Of a stretch of DNA of 64,000 nt, positions 13,485 through 27,760 are shown one piece after another. The notes under the pieces are model-generated. The model saw only the letters and a program-made list of their open reading frames with translations. It had not been told where the DNA came from and did no database searches. The stretch is from Octopus vulgaris. Lineage: Eukaryota. Made by a program: the position numbers and the translations under genes. Positions within the stretch are counted from its first letter, which is position 1, and each line of letters begins with the position of its first letter. The stretch spans positions 35,650,001 through 35,714,000 of the forward strand of contig OX597823.1 in assembly GCA_951406725.2 (NCBI GenBank). The letters are read 5' to 3'.

Positions 13485-16400
13485 TTCTTTATTAGCGACG
13501 CAGGCCGTACACAAAGGGGACAATACGATGTAGAATTTTTTTTTTTCGAAATCAATCAAAAGGGAGCGAAACCCTTTTTGTGTAAACAGGGAAATATCAC
13601 ACAGTCGTTGTCAATAATTAGAGTTCCCGATAGGAGAGGAAATGTAACATTAACTAGGTTTTTCTGTGGAAAGAAAAAAATACGTAAAAGAACCACGGTA
13701 ACCTCGGAAACGAAAAAGAAAAGCATTAACATGAGAGCAAGGCGCGATTTCTCTGTTTGTTTTATAGGTTCATGCTCAAGGTGGTTGTCATTTATTTGTA
13801 CTATCCTTGCCACAGTCACCAACCTTTTGTTGAACCTTTCATTAGACAAAATTCCCCTCTCTATTCTCACCTTCCTCTTCAAGTGATACTTGAAGAAGTT
13901 GATGAGGGGTTGGCCAGAGAGGAAAGTGTTTGTCTTTAAACCTTTCGCATGAGTCCACCACACACATTCTTTCACCATAGCCACCAGTACAATAAAAACT
14001 TGCCTTCCCGGTTAAAGGAAGGTAGCGGGGCAATATTCACGATAGACTCGACCGACAACCGAATTCGCCCCACATGTGACAGCAGCCACTCGACATAAAC
14101 ACACAGATCTGAAATTTTAGTACATTGCACGAGTGCGTGCAGAACGGTTTCGTCGCTCTGGCCGCATCTCGAGCAAATCGGTCCAGCAGTGTTTCTTGAA
14201 CCGTGCCTGTGGAGCTTATCCCGAACCGGCAATGCTTCCCGATAGCACTGCCAGGACAGGGATCTCTGGAAATTTCCATAGGTTTCGGCCCGAAAATGGT
14301 CCTAAACGTCGTCGCACCTAACCTGCACTAATCCTCTATAGAACGGACGGCAGAGTTGCTCGAGAGCATGGCAACACTCGCGGTGCCATTCACCAAGCCT
14401 CGATCTCTGTTTGACCCATGATTGCCGTCCGGTCAAAAATGACGAGCTGCGGGAAAGCGCATCTCCCAAACGGCGACCACACCCGTTCACCGTCATCTAT
14501 GAAACGCTGGAGGTGTCGCAGTCCTAGCGCATGTCTGCGCATCATTAACTACGGCATACCTAGCGCTCCATTTAGCGGATATTGGCAGCAAACGTTTTGC
14601 ATGACCATCGGAACGCTTCCGTTCCACAAAAAGCGCAAGAGTATGCGTTCCACTTTTGTGATGGTAGGGTCGAGGACAAGGCACGACGGTCAGACGGTAG
14701 GAGATGATGGATGCGATATACGCATTCGCCACCTCCACCCAATCTTTTAGAGATAGCTTCCTCTTGGCCTATTGCTGGGTGAGAGTTGCCACCCTACTCG
14801 TTATCTCGTCTCAGTTCTTCTCCATTTGGAGGTCTGGACCGAACCATAATCCGAGCAATTTAACCGGGCCATCGCTCCAGTGTCCCACGATGGAGACGAC
14901 ATGGGCTTGCTTCTTCAGGTGCCGAACCGCAAGCCCACAAACTTTTCGGGGTTAATTTTTGCTCCTGTTACCGCTTTGTATTCTTTTAGTGTCTCGCCGA
15001 CCAGGTCGATATGCCTGTGGCTCAACACTATGGCGGTGACAACGTCCGCGTAAGCAAACACGCTTCTCCTACATCCTAGTTCTCGCGGGATATCCTTCAG
15101 CGTCGCCAGCTTGCTCAGTAGTGGCTCTACACTCAATACATACAGAAGTGACGAGAAGGGGGGAATCCTTGCCGGACTGAACGTGTGATGTTAAATGGTC
15201 TAGATAGATGTCCATTTACGCGAACTACCGAGCAGATGTTGCTGTATAAAGCAACGATCCAACATGGAAGACTGGGCCAAAACCAGCTACCCGAAGGACA
15301 GTCTCCAAGTATCGATGGTCGACCTTATCGAAATCATTCGATTGATCCAAATTGCTCAGTATCCCACCCATGCCAAGTTCCTTAACTACCCCGTCTATGA
15401 TGCTGTGCATTAGATGGAGGTTGATACTTTTGCCCGGCATGGAGCATGTTTGCGCTTTGTTGACCTGTTTCTTGGTGACAAGCGCCAACCACACCGGCTA
15501 GCACCTTGGCCAAAATCTTCAAATCTGCTTTGAGCAGAGAGACGGGTCGGAAATTACCTATAACGACACCCTTGTTTGGGACTTTCTTTAGCAGTGTCAC
15601 CACTCCTTGGCTCACAAAACTAGGGATACTTCCGTTTTACTGCTAGTTGCAGTAGACTGTTTCTAAGACTTCTCCAAACAAATCTGGCATATGACAATAA
15701 AGCTCGTAGCTCAATCAACCGAAGCCCAGCGACTTGTGTCTCGCGGCTGTGATGGGACTTTCACAATACTCCACCTCTCTTGCCGAGAGTCGTAGCAGGC
15801 CATGTAGGTAGGCACTAAAGTCCACCCTGCGTTCGGACCCACCAGTCATCTCGAACAGTCGGGCAAAGTGCTGCTGAAAGACCTCACACGTCCTTTTGGA
15901 CTCGTGCAATTCGCGTCCCTGTTCATCCATCAAAGACCGAACGGTGCTTTGTTACCACGTTGCGCCCCCGCCACCCGGGCCTCTCAGGCGGCTGCAATTC
16001 CTTCGTTTCTCAGAGCACGCATCCTAGATCTGATAACGCAACCTTCGTGTTTGTCGTTGAAGTATAGGTCAAGAGCTAACCTCGCCGCCAGCACGTTAGA
16101 CGCGATGCCAGTTCTAAGTGCCTCTTTTCATTTCTTAACTAAGTCTCCCGCTATTCTATTTCGGTCTAACGCTAAAGCCTTGTTATAGCTAGCCGATTCT
16201 GCTTTGATTGCTCTCTTTAGGGCAAACCACCATTTGTTGTTGACGATGGTCCCGTCAATGCCCTCTTAACTAATGTGCTAATCCGGTCTCTGTAAGCCTG
16301 TCGCGCTGAGAAAGACGCTTTCAACTTCCAGTGACCGAGACCCTGTTTATGATTCTTATGCAAGTCTAGCGTACAAGTCGTGAATTTGTGAGCTGTGTAG

Positions 16401-19107
16401 CTGACTATGTGAAATTGGGGACAACCTATACTATCACTATCCACTGTCCTACAGAATGCTCTCTCTAAATACGATCTGGACGACCCAATGTGGTTGGTCC
16501 ATGTCCACATTGGCACATTCGGTAGTCCAGTCGGTACTTGTCAGGCAGTTGGAAACGTCTGAGCAGGTCTATGAGGTATTTGCATCCCATTCTCTTCCTA
16601 ACTCTACCATCATAGTCTAAATGCATGTTCAAGGTAGTCCAATCCCCCACTAAACGTAAAGATCGAGACGTTCCCAGGAAAACTTCTAGACGTCGAAAGA
16701 AATCCGGCCGACCTGATAAGGACGGTGCGTACACTGTTATTAGTCGGATAGCACAGCCGTTACTGCCATCGACATCCAAGACGACCAGCCTGCCCTCCGG
16801 GTCTAAGAATACTGCCCTTACTTTCAGATCCAGACTCTTTCGAAAAAGTACCGCAATACCACTACCGCCCATTCTTGGCAGACACGAGGAAAAATAAATA
16901 TCGAATTGTCTTCCGAATATGAACTGGAGGGTCCGCGAGTTAGAGAGTCTGATTTCGCTGATGGCTATGATATTTACAGTTTGTGACTTGATGTCGTTTA
17001 ACAGGTAACCTTGTTTCCAAGGCCACCCCAAGCCATACACATTTATACTACAATTCTTGAGCATGAATCTGATGAAAGTTGTTTCAGACACAAAGCGAAA
17101 ATAGAAAATGGGAGAGAGACAGAGATTTTTTTACTGTTTCAAAAGTTGATGACTTTCCTCCTCAGTTTCCGTGAGGAGATTTGTATAAAGTTTCTTTTTG
17201 ATAAATGTTTTTAAAATCCCCCTACAGCATTAGGGTAGAGAAATTTCATTAATTTGCGTGTGTTATGTGTGGTGTGTATTATTTGTTTGTGTTGTGGTGG
17301 TGTGTATGGGTGGTTGTTTTTAACATTGTCTTCCATTGAGTAAGTGTACCACCTGATGTATTTCTTCAAGTCCAATTAGTTAGTGTTAATTGCTCTTAGC
17401 ATTGTGGGATTACTTTGCGTTTGTATGTTTGTAGTGTCGTTGTTTGTATTGTCGTGTGTGGAAGTTTTGTTGACGGGAGTAGTAAATTTCCCTGCTTTGT
17501 TTGGCTGAATGGTTCTTTTTTCCCCATTTTCTTCTCCCACTCCATGTGGACATTTGCCATTCTTCCGTGTCGCCTTCATCAAACGACATGTCGGAGGAAT
17601 CAGAAAGTGGGAGGGAAAGGGTATTGGGATCGATTTGTATGTGTGCTAATGTTGATGTTGTTGTTGTTAGTGCTGGTTGGTGGCTGTTGAGATGTGGTGT
17701 ATGGGTTGGTCTTTTCCTTTTTTTCCTGGTTTTGGTGCTTCTTCTATAGTTGTTGTTGTTGGTGGTGGTGGTGATGGTGTTGTTTTTGTCTTTGATGACG
17801 CAGATGGTGATGCTGGTTGGTTTGGTTGCGTTAGTTTGTTGTTTGGTTGAATTGTTTCATTTGTTGGTTAGAGTTTTTTGTCAGTTGTGCAAATGGCGGT
17901 GTGGGTAACAGTGCTGGTTTGCTATTGAGATTTTGGTTTTGTTGTTCTTTAATTTTTGCTAATTGACTGTCTATTTTGAGAGGGTTTTCGCTACAATAAA
18001 AGTAGCAAGGTGGCCTTCTGCCTTCAATGGCCATATGCACGGTCGTGCGATCCGGACGTTTAATTAAATCTGGGAGATTTTCAATTGTTTCTTGATTTGC
18101 CCGGATTAACAGCTCTAACTCTTGTCCAACTCAGTTTTGCTGTTCCACGACGGCAATTTATAATATGTTAATTTTTTCTTCAAAACCATAACAGATGACT
18201 GACACCAGCCATCTTATTTCTATTTCAGGGGGCACATGCTTAATTTTTACCTTTGTTACCCGACCACTGAAGTATGTTGCAATCATTATAAATTCCCCGC
18301 ATTCCAGAATTTTTGTTGAGAGTTCTATTGTGCGCGCTCTTCTGTGTCGAATCTTACCTCGATCGTGGCAAATTTTGTGCTCCTTGCGGTATATTTTTGT
18401 AAGCTCATATGGGCCGTAGACATTCTTCAACTGCTTGTTGAGTGTGCTGTTCCAGTCTTTTAGTTTTTCTGTTCAGGGTTTTATAATTGTTTTTTAAATG
18501 TTCTGCAAAATGTTTTGTGGGGGATTTAGTTTTATTGTTCTGTCGTCTTTGTTTAATAACTGCTTGCATTGCAGTAGTTCCTCTGTTGAGAAGGTCACAT
18601 GTCATTTTTGCCTTAAAATAGAAGCAAAATCGCTTTGTTCATGTTGGTGGTGGCGTGGTAGTGGCAGTGTTGGTGGCAGTGGTAGTGGCACTGGCGATGG
18701 CAGTGGTGGTGGCAACGTTCATTGTCTTAGACATGTATTCATCTTGTCTGCTTTCCTTTCCCACTCGTTCAGAAGGAAAGCTTACGTCAAACTGTGTGTT
18801 GTCGTTGTTTTCCAATTGTGTGTGAGTGAAAGTGAATTGATATTTCCTTTTTTACTTGTTGTCGTTGGCAACAAAGGAAATTCCTCGTTGAAATTGGTTA
18901 CTGAGACGCTGTTGATCTCAAAATGGTTAGCCGTATTTTTTTCACAAACGAGATTTTTGAAGATGCAATTTTAAAATCGAAAATTTGCCCTAGAGCGAAT
19001 TTTCTAGTGAAGAAACTCGCTCAGGCGAAAGCATATGTTGTTAAGCACCTCTTTCACAAAACATATATTTTAAAGACTTACGAGGTACGACGCCACAACA
19101 GCCAGTC
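13485..19107 (-). mobile_element. Full-length decayed Tx1/L1-type LINE flanked by (GATA)n on both sides
   Basis: ORF1 remnants ~17800-18600 (KVKIKHVPPEI, IEGRRPPCYFYC); APE endonuclease 16465-17091 (SINVYGL, IIAISE, VYAP, LVGDW); RT (NFRPVSLL, DQSNDFDKVDHRYL, YADVVT); C-terminal CSRC..ETVLHALVQC; AATAAA at 13488-13493 just before (ATCT)n. Many stops and frameshifts. Confidence 0.92.
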
Positions 19108-19122
19108 GATAGATAGACAGAC

Positions 19123-19213
<91 letters not shown>

Positions 19214-19779
19214 CGAACGGACGGATGAATGGATAGATAGATTATCTACTTATTTATTTTCAAATCATTTCACGTCCAAACTTCAGACAATATCAATTAT
19301 CGCGACATGATAAAGCTTTTGTATCCATTAGACACATTGATTACTTTTAACAGTGTTGTATGTTTTCGTTTCCTAAATCACTTGATTCAAAAGTTAGAGA
19401 AATAGAAGAAATAAACTATACCCGTGTAAAGAAGAATCATGTTACAGCAGGGCGGTGAGTAGTCGAGCCAAAAATAATAATGTTAGATGGCTGATAAAAA
19501 GCAAGCAAAACTCTCATATCATTTTAATCATCTGTCAGTCGTTATTGTCTTTTAACGGCAATATAATTCATTATTAGAGGAGATAAATGGAATTCTATCT
19601 GAGGTATAGCAGATAAACTCATTGCACAATGTATAAAATCTGTATAATTGTAATATAGCATTGACCTATAGCATAAAGTACCAGTCAAGTACTAGGGACG
19701 ATGAAATCAACATAACTCTTCCCATCTAAATTAATAGCCTTGCGCAAAAATTAGAAATTATTATTTTTGTATTATTATT

Positions 19780-20300
19780 GAGTGAAAGAGCGGCGCATGT
19801 CATATGAAGCCTAACATATCCATCATGACTACCTGTCTGATAAGGGTGCTCCAGGCATATGCATCACAACCATATGTGTATATGTGCGCGACATGGTAAT
19901 CTCATATCAAGACAAGCAGCACATGACTTTGCAAGGGGGGCCCAGTTCTTCACGTCGATTAGCTCATCCCTTTCAAAAGGTGCTTGAACTAGGGTTGTTT
20001 TAAGGATGATGAACGAAAACCTGTTTCCGGAAGTAAATTATTCAAACTTCAAAGAATTCCGCTCAACCCTTGGTTATGATACACCCCCGCCCTAACTGCA
20101 GCTCGGGGTCAGATATGTTCATATCGTCAGCCACTAAGTGACATGCCCAACTGCTTGACGTCAAACAACTGACAATCAAATCTCTGGTATTGAGCAGAAT
20201 ATTTATTGTAGCCCATCTATTATACCAAGACAAAACAATGTACATAATAACATTTCCAATCAGCTAAGATGAGAAGCCATGGTACTGCATCAGGGCATTT
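19780..20300 (-). repeat. ~520-bp interspersed non-coding repeat associated with (AAT)n (family D)
   Basis: Reverse complement aligns with 25071-25580; the likely terminal part recurs at 42755-42826; copies abut (AAT)n/(ATT)n. Confidence 0.85.
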
Positions 20301-20344
20301 ATTGTTATCATCATCATCATCATCATCATCATTATTATTATTCC

Positions 20345-23170
20345 TTCGTAACACAATGTAGGTAAAAATGCACCGGAGTCTTTAGTCATCTGTGAAGTTA
20401 CAAGGACCTCAGATAGATAATACTTTACTTAAGGTGTGTGCCGTGTCCAATAAGGATGCTTTTTGCAAGACATCAATCTTGTATGGGATTTCCAGTTGCC
20501 TTAATAATTTTGAAGTTTCAATGGGATTGAGCCCAACGCTCCGATCACCATTGGTATGGAATGCAAGAGGGTAATGTAAAAGTTTACATTACCCTCTTGC
20601 ATTCCATACAGTCTTGCCCCTTCCACTTTCAGTTCGGAGTACTTGGTGATATTTTCAACCCCTTTACTCACAACATTTATGACATTTGGTATGGCTACAT
20701 CAATGATCTGACAGTATTTGTTTCTTTTATTCAATATGACAATATCCGGTCGACGGTGTTTGATTACACGGTCCATCTGAAAACCATAGTCCCAGAGTAT
20801 CGTTACTTTTCCATCCTCCTGCATAAATTTACTTGGTACATGTTCGTACCAGTTCTCCGTTACTTTACATTGGTATTTACGGCATACAAGCCAATGAAAA
20901 TATACACACATACACATACACTTTATCGTGGCGGCGCTTGTATTCATTTTGTGCAAGGCTCTCTCATCAACTTACCAAGTGGGTCACATTTTCCACACTC
21001 TTTCCACAATGTCTTCATTTCTGCGTGTCAGAAGTTTTATAGATGTTATACTTCACTGAATTGGTAGTGAAAGCCTAGTCTTGTGCAGCAATGATCAGGC
21101 TTTCGGTGGTACGCTTCAAATCCCCTTGCTCAAGCCATGCCCACGATGCTGTATTATCCTTAACGTCTTGTGCATTCCTTTCAAACTGTCCCTGCATTCT
21201 CATTGCAAGAAGGTCTTCTTTTCCTTTCTCCTCAGATCTTTGATTAAAGTCTTCCTTGCCCATCATTTCCTCTGCATTTACACCCATATCTTTCGCGGCA
21301 TATTGTAGCAGGTCTTCATCACTATTTATCAAATACTCGGCAAGCGAGTATTAGTCCTCTACGACCATTCTTTTCTTTTCATATGCAGTATGTCTACGTT
21401 TGCTTTAGAGTGTACTCTCCCCCCCCCCCCTGCAGCGTCATCAACTTTCTCGCCTTTCTATCCAGTGCTGATATTTCTTCCTTAGTCCATTTGAGGATGG
21501 ACGCACTATATCTGACCACCGCAACGCCCAGATATTCATTGCGGTAATCAAATTTTTAGCATTCAGGTTGGATTTCAACACCATCTTCACCCTTTTTTTG
21601 CTACGCCTCGCTGTCCTTGACTTTCATTTCTCTGTGTAGAATGTCATCCAGCTCCAAAATCCTAAATATATCTATACCCACTACCGTCGGGTTCACCCAT
21701 GGTCTCTGCTGATGGTAACCGCAATCCTCTGCAGGCTGCTTACTTCCCTCTTTTCATATTAAGTACTGACCATTTGGTAATCCCAAATTCCATACCGATG
21801 TCCCCACAGTTCTGGACTGTTTTGGTTAGGGAATCTATCTGTTTTTCAGATTTCCCAAACAATTTCAGGTCATCCATAAACAGAAGATGGTTCAATGACG
21901 GGCCTTTCTTCCCACATTGGTAGCCCAAGTTAACTTTCCTAAGTGTCATTATTATGGGTATTAGTGCAAATACAAAAAGTAACGGAGGAAACGAGCCATC
22001 TTAGAAGATTCACCTTTTAATATTAACTTCTCCAAGGAATACATTTCCACTCTTTCATGCTATTCATCAGAAAATTTGTGATATTGTCAGCAACACCAAA
22101 CATCTACAGACATTCAACGATCCATATCATATGCCTTCTTAAAGTTAATCCAAGGCATAGACATGTTTGTATGATGTCTTCTACAATGCCTCAAAACTGT
22201 TTCATTGGTGACCAGGTGATTTTTGGTATCCTGAGAACTCTTCCTAAATCCTTTTTGTTCCCTCGGTAGTATTTCTTCCTGTGCCAGGGAAGTGTATGTT
22301 TTTGCGGCACATATTCCAGTGAGTATCTTCCACATTATGCTTAGGAATGCTATGGGACGGTAGTTTCCCACGATATTCCCCTTTCTTCTATCTTTCATTA
22401 CAAGTGTTGTTCTCCCAGTTACCATCCACACGGGGACTGTACCTTTCTGGACACACTCATTCAATTGGGCTGCTAGTCTTTCATGCACCGCGTGGCATCC
22501 CTTCAGTCAGAAGCCATGAATCCCATCTGATTCAGGGGCTTTCCATTTAGGCACTTTACTCACTTGTTCTTTCACACTACCCGTGCTTATTACAATATTC
22601 ATTATCTAGTTGGTTCAATTCCCCTGCATGTCCACCCACCACAGTATCAGGGCCACTGTATAACGTTCCCGTTCCTCATCCTTAACAGCCCCATCACCGT
22701 TCCCCTGTTCCTCCTGTCTACTCTTCTCCCTGCTTTCAACTCCTACCTCTCTGTTTTCAACTCCAACCATCCTTTGTAACTCATCCGCAAGGTCTCTCAG
22801 GCTCTCACTAATCCGAGATATTTCTACTCCAGTTAAGTATCCCTTTCTCCTAATTACTCTCGCTTGGTTCATTAGTTTATTTTCTGACATTGGACACATG
22901 TCCTTTTCCATCCAAAATTTCAAGGTACGTCGGCCTACTCCGCGACTTCTTTCCGGTTTTGCTCTTTCATGACATTCAATAAGTGTTTCTTTTTGCGCAC
23001 ACGGTGTATGTGATCTGTTGTGACATAACAACTGTCCGAGGCCAGATCACTGTCCCTGGTGCGGGCGAAAAACCTTCACTATGATCGGCTATAGCTTCAT
23101 TCTCGCCGTTAATTCTTTCATTCTTGTTTTGCATCATAATTTCATGAGTCGTTCGTGGAGTTCCCACGGG
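20345..23170 (-). mobile_element. Decayed R4/Dong-type non-LTR retrotransposon (RT + restriction-like endonuclease)
   Basis: NYRPIAFLS, EQKGFRK, WINFKKAYD, NHLLFMDDLKLF, TESLIIAAQD, ILWD..DRVIKHRRPDIV..IIDVAIP..KYSEL, IPMVIGALG in colinear broken frames. Confidence 0.9.
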
Positions 23171-23602
23171 AGTTGTTATTAAGATCCCATCTCTCTGTTC
23201 CTCTCTTTATTTGTATATACACGTGCACATGTATGTACAAACACATACATATATAAATAACGTGCTTGCATTGTGTCGCCTCCATAACCAAAGAGAATAT
23301 TATCATTATCACTATCGTCCTACCTATAGCATTAAAAAAAATTATCAATAATAATATGGTTCCCGGTACATTGCAGCAGATCTTCGTCACTATTCACCAA
23401 ATACTCAGCAAGCATTCTCTTTTCACTCCTTATACAATGGTCTATATTAATCAGTTCTCTGCCACCATTCGGTACTTTTTGGATATCTCACTCCATTAAA
23501 AAATTGGGTTATCTCCCCCAACTAAAAAAAATTGAAATAAGCAAAAATTACCAACTATTCTTTCTTTTCATATACAGTTTGTTTACGTTTGCAGTTAACA
23601 CT

Positions 23603-23679
<77 letters not shown>

Positions 23680-23682
23680 TTA

Positions 23683-25020
23683 CTTATAGCTACAATGTGT
23701 TGAACTGGAATATGAGTGAAGTAAAGAATATAGATAGAAAAATACGCAAGCTGCTGAGTTGTAATAGGATGCACCACCCAAAGGCAGACGTAGATCGCCT
23801 TTACCTTCCCAGAGCCCAAGGAGGTCGAGGCCTGATCCAATTTGAACTGGCTTACAAAACAACCACAATTGGACTGGCCAAATATCTCGAAATTTCGGAT
23901 GACTGGATGCTAAAGCTCGTGGAAAATCACGAGAGACGAAAGAAGCTTCATTCTATCATAAAAGAAAGCAAAAAATTTGCTATTGATCTCGTGCAGGATA
24001 CCCAAACTGAACAACCCGAGGGAAGTACGGCAACTATTGTTGCAAAGAAGGTGAAAATGATGGCAATGAAAAAAGCGCACGAGCAATTGGCTGATAGGTG
24101 GGAGGAGAAACCTCTGCACGGCAAATATGTGACCCGCAGCAAACAAGCTGATGTTGACCAGAAGCAAACCCATCAGTGGCTACGGAGTTCAGGGCTAAAA
24201 GCAGAGAGCGAAGGTTTCATCCTGGCTGCTCAAGATCAAAGCCTATTAACCCGGAACTACCAGGCCAATGTGATGAAAAATGGAGCAGACCCAAAATGCC
24301 GATTCTGCAACGACATAATTGAAACAGTGGACCACCTAATCTCTGGATGTAAAGTCTTAGCACCAGTGGAGTATAAATTAAGACATGACAGAGTTGGCCG
24401 ATATCTACACTGGCTAATAAGTCGGCATTACAATATCAAAACTGCCGACAAGTGGTATAATCACCACCCTGAGGTTGTAACTGAAGGAGAAAATGTAACC
24501 ATTCTGTGGGACTTTCCAGTACATACAGACCGAACCATCAAGGCCAATAAACCAGATATTGTTGTGAAAGACCAAAACAATAAAGTTTGCTTATTGATCG
24601 ACATGAGCATCCCCTGTGATCATAATATCTCAGCGAAAGAGTTTGACAAGCTCAGAAAATATAAAGACCTACTCATTGAAATTGAGAAAATGTGGCATCT
24701 CAAGGCGGTTACAATACCAGTGATCGTAGGAGCACTAGGAATGATCAAGAAGGGAACCGAAAATTATATGAGAATGATCCCTGGCTTACCATCCCTGCAA
24801 GAAGTGCAAAAGATTGTCTTAACTGGTACATCACCCGTATTGAGAAGAGCATTGTCGATGTGAGAACTGTTGCTGCTCATGTATATTAATTTAACTTAAA
24901 AAAAAAATGAACTATTGAGTTTGGTTTAATGGCCTACCAATGTATACTATAAGTTTCTTTGCCCTAGGAGTCGGGAAGACACTCGGCAAGATATGGAAGC
25001 AAATTTGAAAGAAGAAAAAA
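23683..25020 (+). mobile_element. 5'-truncated young R4/Dong-type LINE in (AAT)n; open ~390-aa C-terminal frame ending at 24863
   Basis: DRLYLPRAQGGRGL, ESEGFILAAQDQ, CCHC knuckle CRFC..ETVDHLISGC, RHD, KPDIVV..LIDMSIP..KLRKYKDL; (AAT)n on both sides. The ORF-track poly-I N-terminus is microsatellite read-through. Confidence 0.95.
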
Positions 25021-25022
25021 TA

Positions 25023-25070
<48 letters not shown>

Positions 25071-25073
<3 letters not shown>

Positions 25074-25580
25074 GCTCTGATGTAGTACCAGGCAGTGGCT
25101 CTCATGGCTTCTGATCTTAACTGATTGGAAGTGTTATCATGTACATTGTTTTGTCTTGTTATTAAAGATGGGCTACACCAAATATTCTGCCCAATACCAC
25201 AGATTTGCTTGTCAGTTGTTTTACCTTAACCGGTTGAGCATGTCCCCTTGTAGCTGATGATATGAACATCTCTGATCACGAGCAGAAGAAGTTGGGGGAG
25301 CATCATAACCATGTGTTAGAGAGGGATTCTTTGGGGTTTGAATAATTCACCTCTGCAAACATGGGTGTTTCCTTCAACATCCTTAAACAACCCTTATTCA
25401 GGGACCATTTGAGCAGGATGGGCTACTCGACCAGAAGAAAATTCTAACTGGGCCCCACCTGCAAGGTCATGTGCTGTTTATATTGATATGAGATCACCAA
25501 GTCTCGCACATATGGTTGTGATGCATGTGCCTGGAATTCCATTATCAGACGGGCAGTCAGGATGAGTATACTGGGCTACG
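25071..25580 (+). repeat. Family D repeat, second copy
   Basis: Inverted homolog of 19780-20300; begins right after (AAT)n. Confidence 0.85.
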
Positions 25581-25639
25581 TATAAGGCCTATTGGCCTTA
25601 ATTTCTTTATCTGTGTGTATTGTTAACAGTCATCCATGG

Positions 25640-27760
25640 AGACCAAGATACGTAAGTCCATTTTCTTTTCTCTAAGTTAAGTGGTTACACTTAGAGTTGG
25701 CTGTGTAAATGTTCGGAACCTGGGTTCGGCTTGGAAACAGGGTCATCTGCTCAACAATCGCAGCTCCCTAAATTTAGATAAGACAGCATTTAGTGATCCT
25801 GAATTGCCGGGAAACATGCTCTTGTAACCGTTTTCGAATACTATGATGTGTTCTCATCTTGTGATCTTGTTGGGAGCGGGCGGTGGTGTAGCAGTGTTAT
25901 TCAGAAAATCTTTAGGTCCTTGGACCAGGACGGTAGGTTGGTGGTCCTAGATGTGAATGACGGTGAAGATAGTACCTTCAGACTGGAGGCTGTATGTGCT
26001 CTGACAGGGGCTGGAAAGCTCGGTTTTGATGGTTTGTCCTATGAATTCTGTGTGTTCATGCCAGATTTGTTTGGCGGCTTCTTAGCAGACATTTACCATA
26101 ACCGACAACATAACGAAAGAATTACTAATGCTTTAAGCCGGGATGGGGTGACATGGCTGAGGAAGAACACCGGCAATGAGGACGTCATAAGGAATTTTAG
26201 GCTCATAACTCTGCTAATTACAGAGTTTAAGATTTTGGCCATGCTGTTAATAGTTGATAGTCTCGTCTGAGAAGCACAAACTTGTGTAATCCCAAATAAG
26301 TCTATCCACAACAACCGCTACCTTATGCGATACAACATAGAGGTGGTTGGGCTTAAAGCTGGCTTCAGTGAGACCTTTATCAATTTGGACCAGCTGAAAG
26401 CATACGATAGGGTTGACCATCACTACTTGGAAGCCATCCTTAAAGCGACCGGTTTCTGGCCCGTTTTCAGAGGAGGCTGGATCGCTGCAATACACAGCGA
26501 AATCTGCTCCTTGGTCAAAGTAAACGGCCACCTTCCGGAACAGTTTAACATCGATTGGTCCGTCATGGCTGCCTATTGTCGGTACTTTTGTTGGAGCTGG
26601 CTATTGGGCCGCGGAAGTTGGAAGAATTGAGGGGCATCCCCTTCAAACTGGAATACCGGAGGACAATGACGCCATATGCGGACGATGTAACTGTCGTAGT
26701 TTCGGGTTCCGCCAAAGTGGAGACGGCCGGCTTCATGATAAAAGAATATTAGTCGGCGGACTTGCGACCGAGCACCAGGAGAGGCAGTTCGATGCCGCCA
26801 GACAGCGTCGTCGGAGGCTGGACTGACGGACCAGTTAAACTGCTCGGGATCTGGTTCGGTTCCGCGTTCCAGGAGGATACGAACTGGGACGAAGTGATAA
26901 TAACTGGGACAGGGTAGCATGTCTTGCCCAGAAATGGGTAAGACATTGAAAGATCGTGGATAGATGGCGAATGCACACATCGTCTCCGTCATCATTTATC
27001 GCCGGACCGTAATGCCTTGCCCTAATTACTGCTTGGTCATGTTGGGGCGTCTCTTGCTTATTTTCTTGTGGGTGGATGGGACGAGTTTCAATCGTCAGGC
27101 GGTCGGTCTGCTGCCAGCTCCCTCTGCGTGGCTGCTCAGGCACACTGACTTTCGATGCGCATACACGCGCTCATATTGCGGTACCTGCAACGATTTCTAG
27201 ACGGTTAGCGTGTGTGGGCTCCGTTTGTGATGCAATTTTGGTTGAAAGATAGACCAGGACTAAGCACCCGGTACCTAGAATATCGTCCGGCACTCACTGT
27301 CTTCTACAACAGGATCGGTGGATGCTCCACTTTAGATATATATAAAGGATTAGCAGCGAGGAAGTGTGACGACGTTCTCAAGTAGACCCTGAGCGTCGAC
27401 GAAAATGAACTGATTAGTCTGTTCCGGAGGACTTTCCTGTCGGGGACTACCATAATTTCCAGATATCTTTGGCCTAACACTGCTACCGGAGGGCGCTGCC
27501 AGTTTGAGATAAACCCTATAGACATTGATGTGCTTTCAGATCGATTTGTCCGAGGTTCACGCAGCGCGACGAACCACTCTATGTCCAGGCATTAGTGACT
27601 TATGGAGTTATGTCCAACAGCTACTATTACGTGTAAGACAGGTCTATCTATCGACCGAATTGATAGTGATTTTGCCCCGCCGCCTTCCTTTAATCGTGCA
27701 TGTAAGGCAGTTTATTTTATCTGGTGACATTTTGCATTTTGTTTTGGCAGCCGTATAGTG
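25640..27760 (+). mobile_element. Internally deleted, decayed Tx1-type LINE ORF2 related to 13485-19107
   Basis: LDQDGRLVVLDV, NFRLITLL, NLDQLKAYDRVDHHYL, YADDVTV, GPVKLLGIWFG; the endonuclease start is joined directly to the pre-RT region near 26020. Confidence 0.85.

Noticed and set aside
23589-24863. 424-aa ORF as a host gene
   Set aside because: It is the C-terminal part of an R4/Dong retrotransposon fused to (AAT)n read-through.
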